A stretch of DNA of 64,000 nt from Chiloscyllium plagiosum (lineage: Eukaryota): NCBI RefSeq assembly GCF_004010195.1, contig NC_057718.1, positions 71,085,790-71,149,789 on the forward strand. Reading direction: 5' to 3'. This document shows, piece after piece, positions 62,015 to 64,000 of this stretch. Position 1 is the stretch's first letter. Every line of letters begins with the position of its first letter. Both the position numbers and the translations under genes were made by a program. The notes under the pieces were generated by a model, which had not been told where the DNA came from, did not search any database, and was given only the letters and a program-made list of their open reading frames with translations.

Positions 62015-64000
62015 TGAAGGGGATGGGCACAAGTGAAATGTGGAGCTTATTCAAGGAATAGCTACTGCAGAGTACGTACCTGGCAGGCAGGGAGAAAAGT
62101 TGTCGAATGCAGGAGCCGTGGTTTACTAAGGAAGTTGAAACTCTTGTCAAGAGGAAGAAGACGACTTATGTTAGGATAAGATATGATGGCTCAGTTAGAG
62201 TGCTTGAGAGTTACAGGTTAGCCAGGAAAGACCTAAAGAGAAAGCTAAAATCATCCAGGAAGGGACATGAGAAATTGTCGTCAGATAGGATCAAGTAAAA
62301 CCCTAAGGTTTTCTATAGGTACATCAGGAATAAAAGAATGACTAGAGTAAGATTACAGCCAGTCAAGGACAATAGTAGGAAGTTGTGCGTGACATCAGAG
62401 GAGATAGGCAAAGTACTAAATGAGTATTTTTCATCAGTATTCACACGAGAAAAAGACAATGTTATCAAGGAGAATACGGAGAAACAGGCTACTTGGCTAG
62501 ATGGGATTAAGGTTCACAAGGAGGAGGTGTTATCAATTCTAGAAAGTGTAAAAATAGATTAGTCCCCTGGGCTAAATGGGATTTATCCTAGGATTCTCTG
62601 AGAAGCCAGGGAGGAGATTGCAGAGCCTTTGGCTTTGATCTTTATGTCATCATTCTTTACAGGAATAATGCCAGAAAACAGAAGACAGCAAATGCTGTTC
62701 CCTTGTTCAATAAGGGGAGTAGAGTCAACCCTGGTAATTATAGGCCAGTGAGCCTTACATTGATTGTGGGTAAAGTGTTGGAAAGGGTTGTAAGAGATAG
62801 GATTTATAACCATTAAGAAAGGAATAAGTTGATTTAGGGATAGTCAACACAGTTTTGTGAAGGGTAGATTGTGCCTCACAAACCTTATTGAGTTCTATGA
62901 GAAGGTAACCAAACAGATGAATGAGGGCAAAACAGTTGATGTGGTATGTATGGATTTCAGTAAGGTGTTTGATAAGGTTCCCCATGGTAGACTATTGCAC
63001 AAAATACATGGGATTGAGGGTGAGTTAGCCGTTTGGATCAGAAATTGGCTAGCTGAAAGACAGAGGCTGGTGGTTGATGGGAAATGTCAATCCTGGAGTT
63101 CAGTTACCAGTGGTGTACCACAAGTGTTTTGAGTCCACTGCCATTTGTCATTTTTATAAAATGAGGGCATGAGGGTTTGTAAACTTGCAGATGACACTAA
63201 GGTCAGTAGAGTTGTGGATAGTGTCGAAGGATATTCTAGATTAAGGAGGGACACAGATAAGCTGCAGAGCTGGGCTGAGGAGGCAAATGGAATTTAATGC
63301 GGACAAGTGTGAGGTGATTCACTTTGGTAGGAGTAACAGGAACGCACAGTACTGGGCTAATGGTAAGATTCTTCATAGCATAGATGAGCAGAGAGATCTC
63401 AGTGTCCAGTTATGTAGATCCTTGAAAATTGCCACCCAGGTTGATCAACTAGGAGAAAGTAAGGACTGCAGATGCTGGAGATCAGAGCTGAAAAATGTTT
63501 AACTGGAAAAGCGCAGCAGGTCAGGCAGCAACCAAGGAGCAAGAGAATCGACGTTTCGGGTATAAGCCCTTCCTGAAGAAGGGCTAATGCCCGAAACGTC
63601 GATTCTCCTGTTCCTTGGATGCTGCCTGACCTGCTGCGCTTTTCCAGCAACACATTTTTCAACCCAGGTTGATCAGGTTGTTAAGGCAGCATACAGTGTA
63701 TTAGCTTTTATTGGTAGAGGGATTGAGTTTTAGAACCGTGAGGTCATGCTGCAGCTGTACAAAACTCTGGTGTGGCCACACTCGGAGTATTGCATTCAGT
63801 TCCAGTCACTGCATTATAGAAAGGATATGGAAGTTTTGGAAAGGATTCAGAGGAGATTTACTAGAATGTTGCCTGTATGGAGGGAAGGTCTTACGAGGAA
63901 AGGCTGAGGGACTCCAGGCTGTTTTCGTTAGAGAGAAGGAGTTTGAGAGGTGACTTAATTGAGACAGTGAAGATAATCAGAGGGTCAGATAGGGTGGATA
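62015..64000 (+). mobile_element. Decayed CR1 LINE ORF2 running off the window end
   Basis: PWFTKEV, RLCLTNLIEF, MDFSKVFDKVPH and GVPQ. Confidence 0.92.
63448..63661 (-). mobile_element. Fold-back Penelope-like mini-insertion 5
   Basis: 14-bp TSD acccaggttgatca (63434-63447 and 63662-63675). Hammerhead core on the plus strand at 63573-63600. Confidence 0.92.

Noticed and set aside
54721..64000. Upstream TMEM181 exon (NQQLWLT region)
   Set aside because: Searched by eye and not found; probably beyond the window. The downstream GMKVFF exon was likewise not found in 1-1760.

Overview
Vertebrate genomic DNA, almost certainly from a cartilaginous fish (shark-type CR1/HER1 LINEs with (TTCTATG)n tails and HE1-type V-SINEs). 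The window lies inside one host gene, TMEM181, on the minus strand. Seven internal coding exons (707 bp, all GT-AG and phase-compatible) were found by reading the sequence; none is in the ORF track. The introns are packed with retroelements: many CR1 LINEs, SINEs, a full-length but decayed Gmr1-like Gypsy element (6944-17023, integrase upstream of RT), a solo LTR, and numerous Penelope-like (PLE) pieces carrying minimal hammerhead-ribozyme motifs. Two things stand out. The first is a set of five ~185-220 bp fold-back PLE mini-insertions with 12-15 bp target-site duplications, whose hairpin apex always falls at the hammerhead core. The second is a 6.4 kb apparently invariant CpG-rich 24-bp tandem array (267 units) within an intron, which creates the spurious >2000 aa ORFs. 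Repeat boundaries are approximate unless a TSD is quoted.
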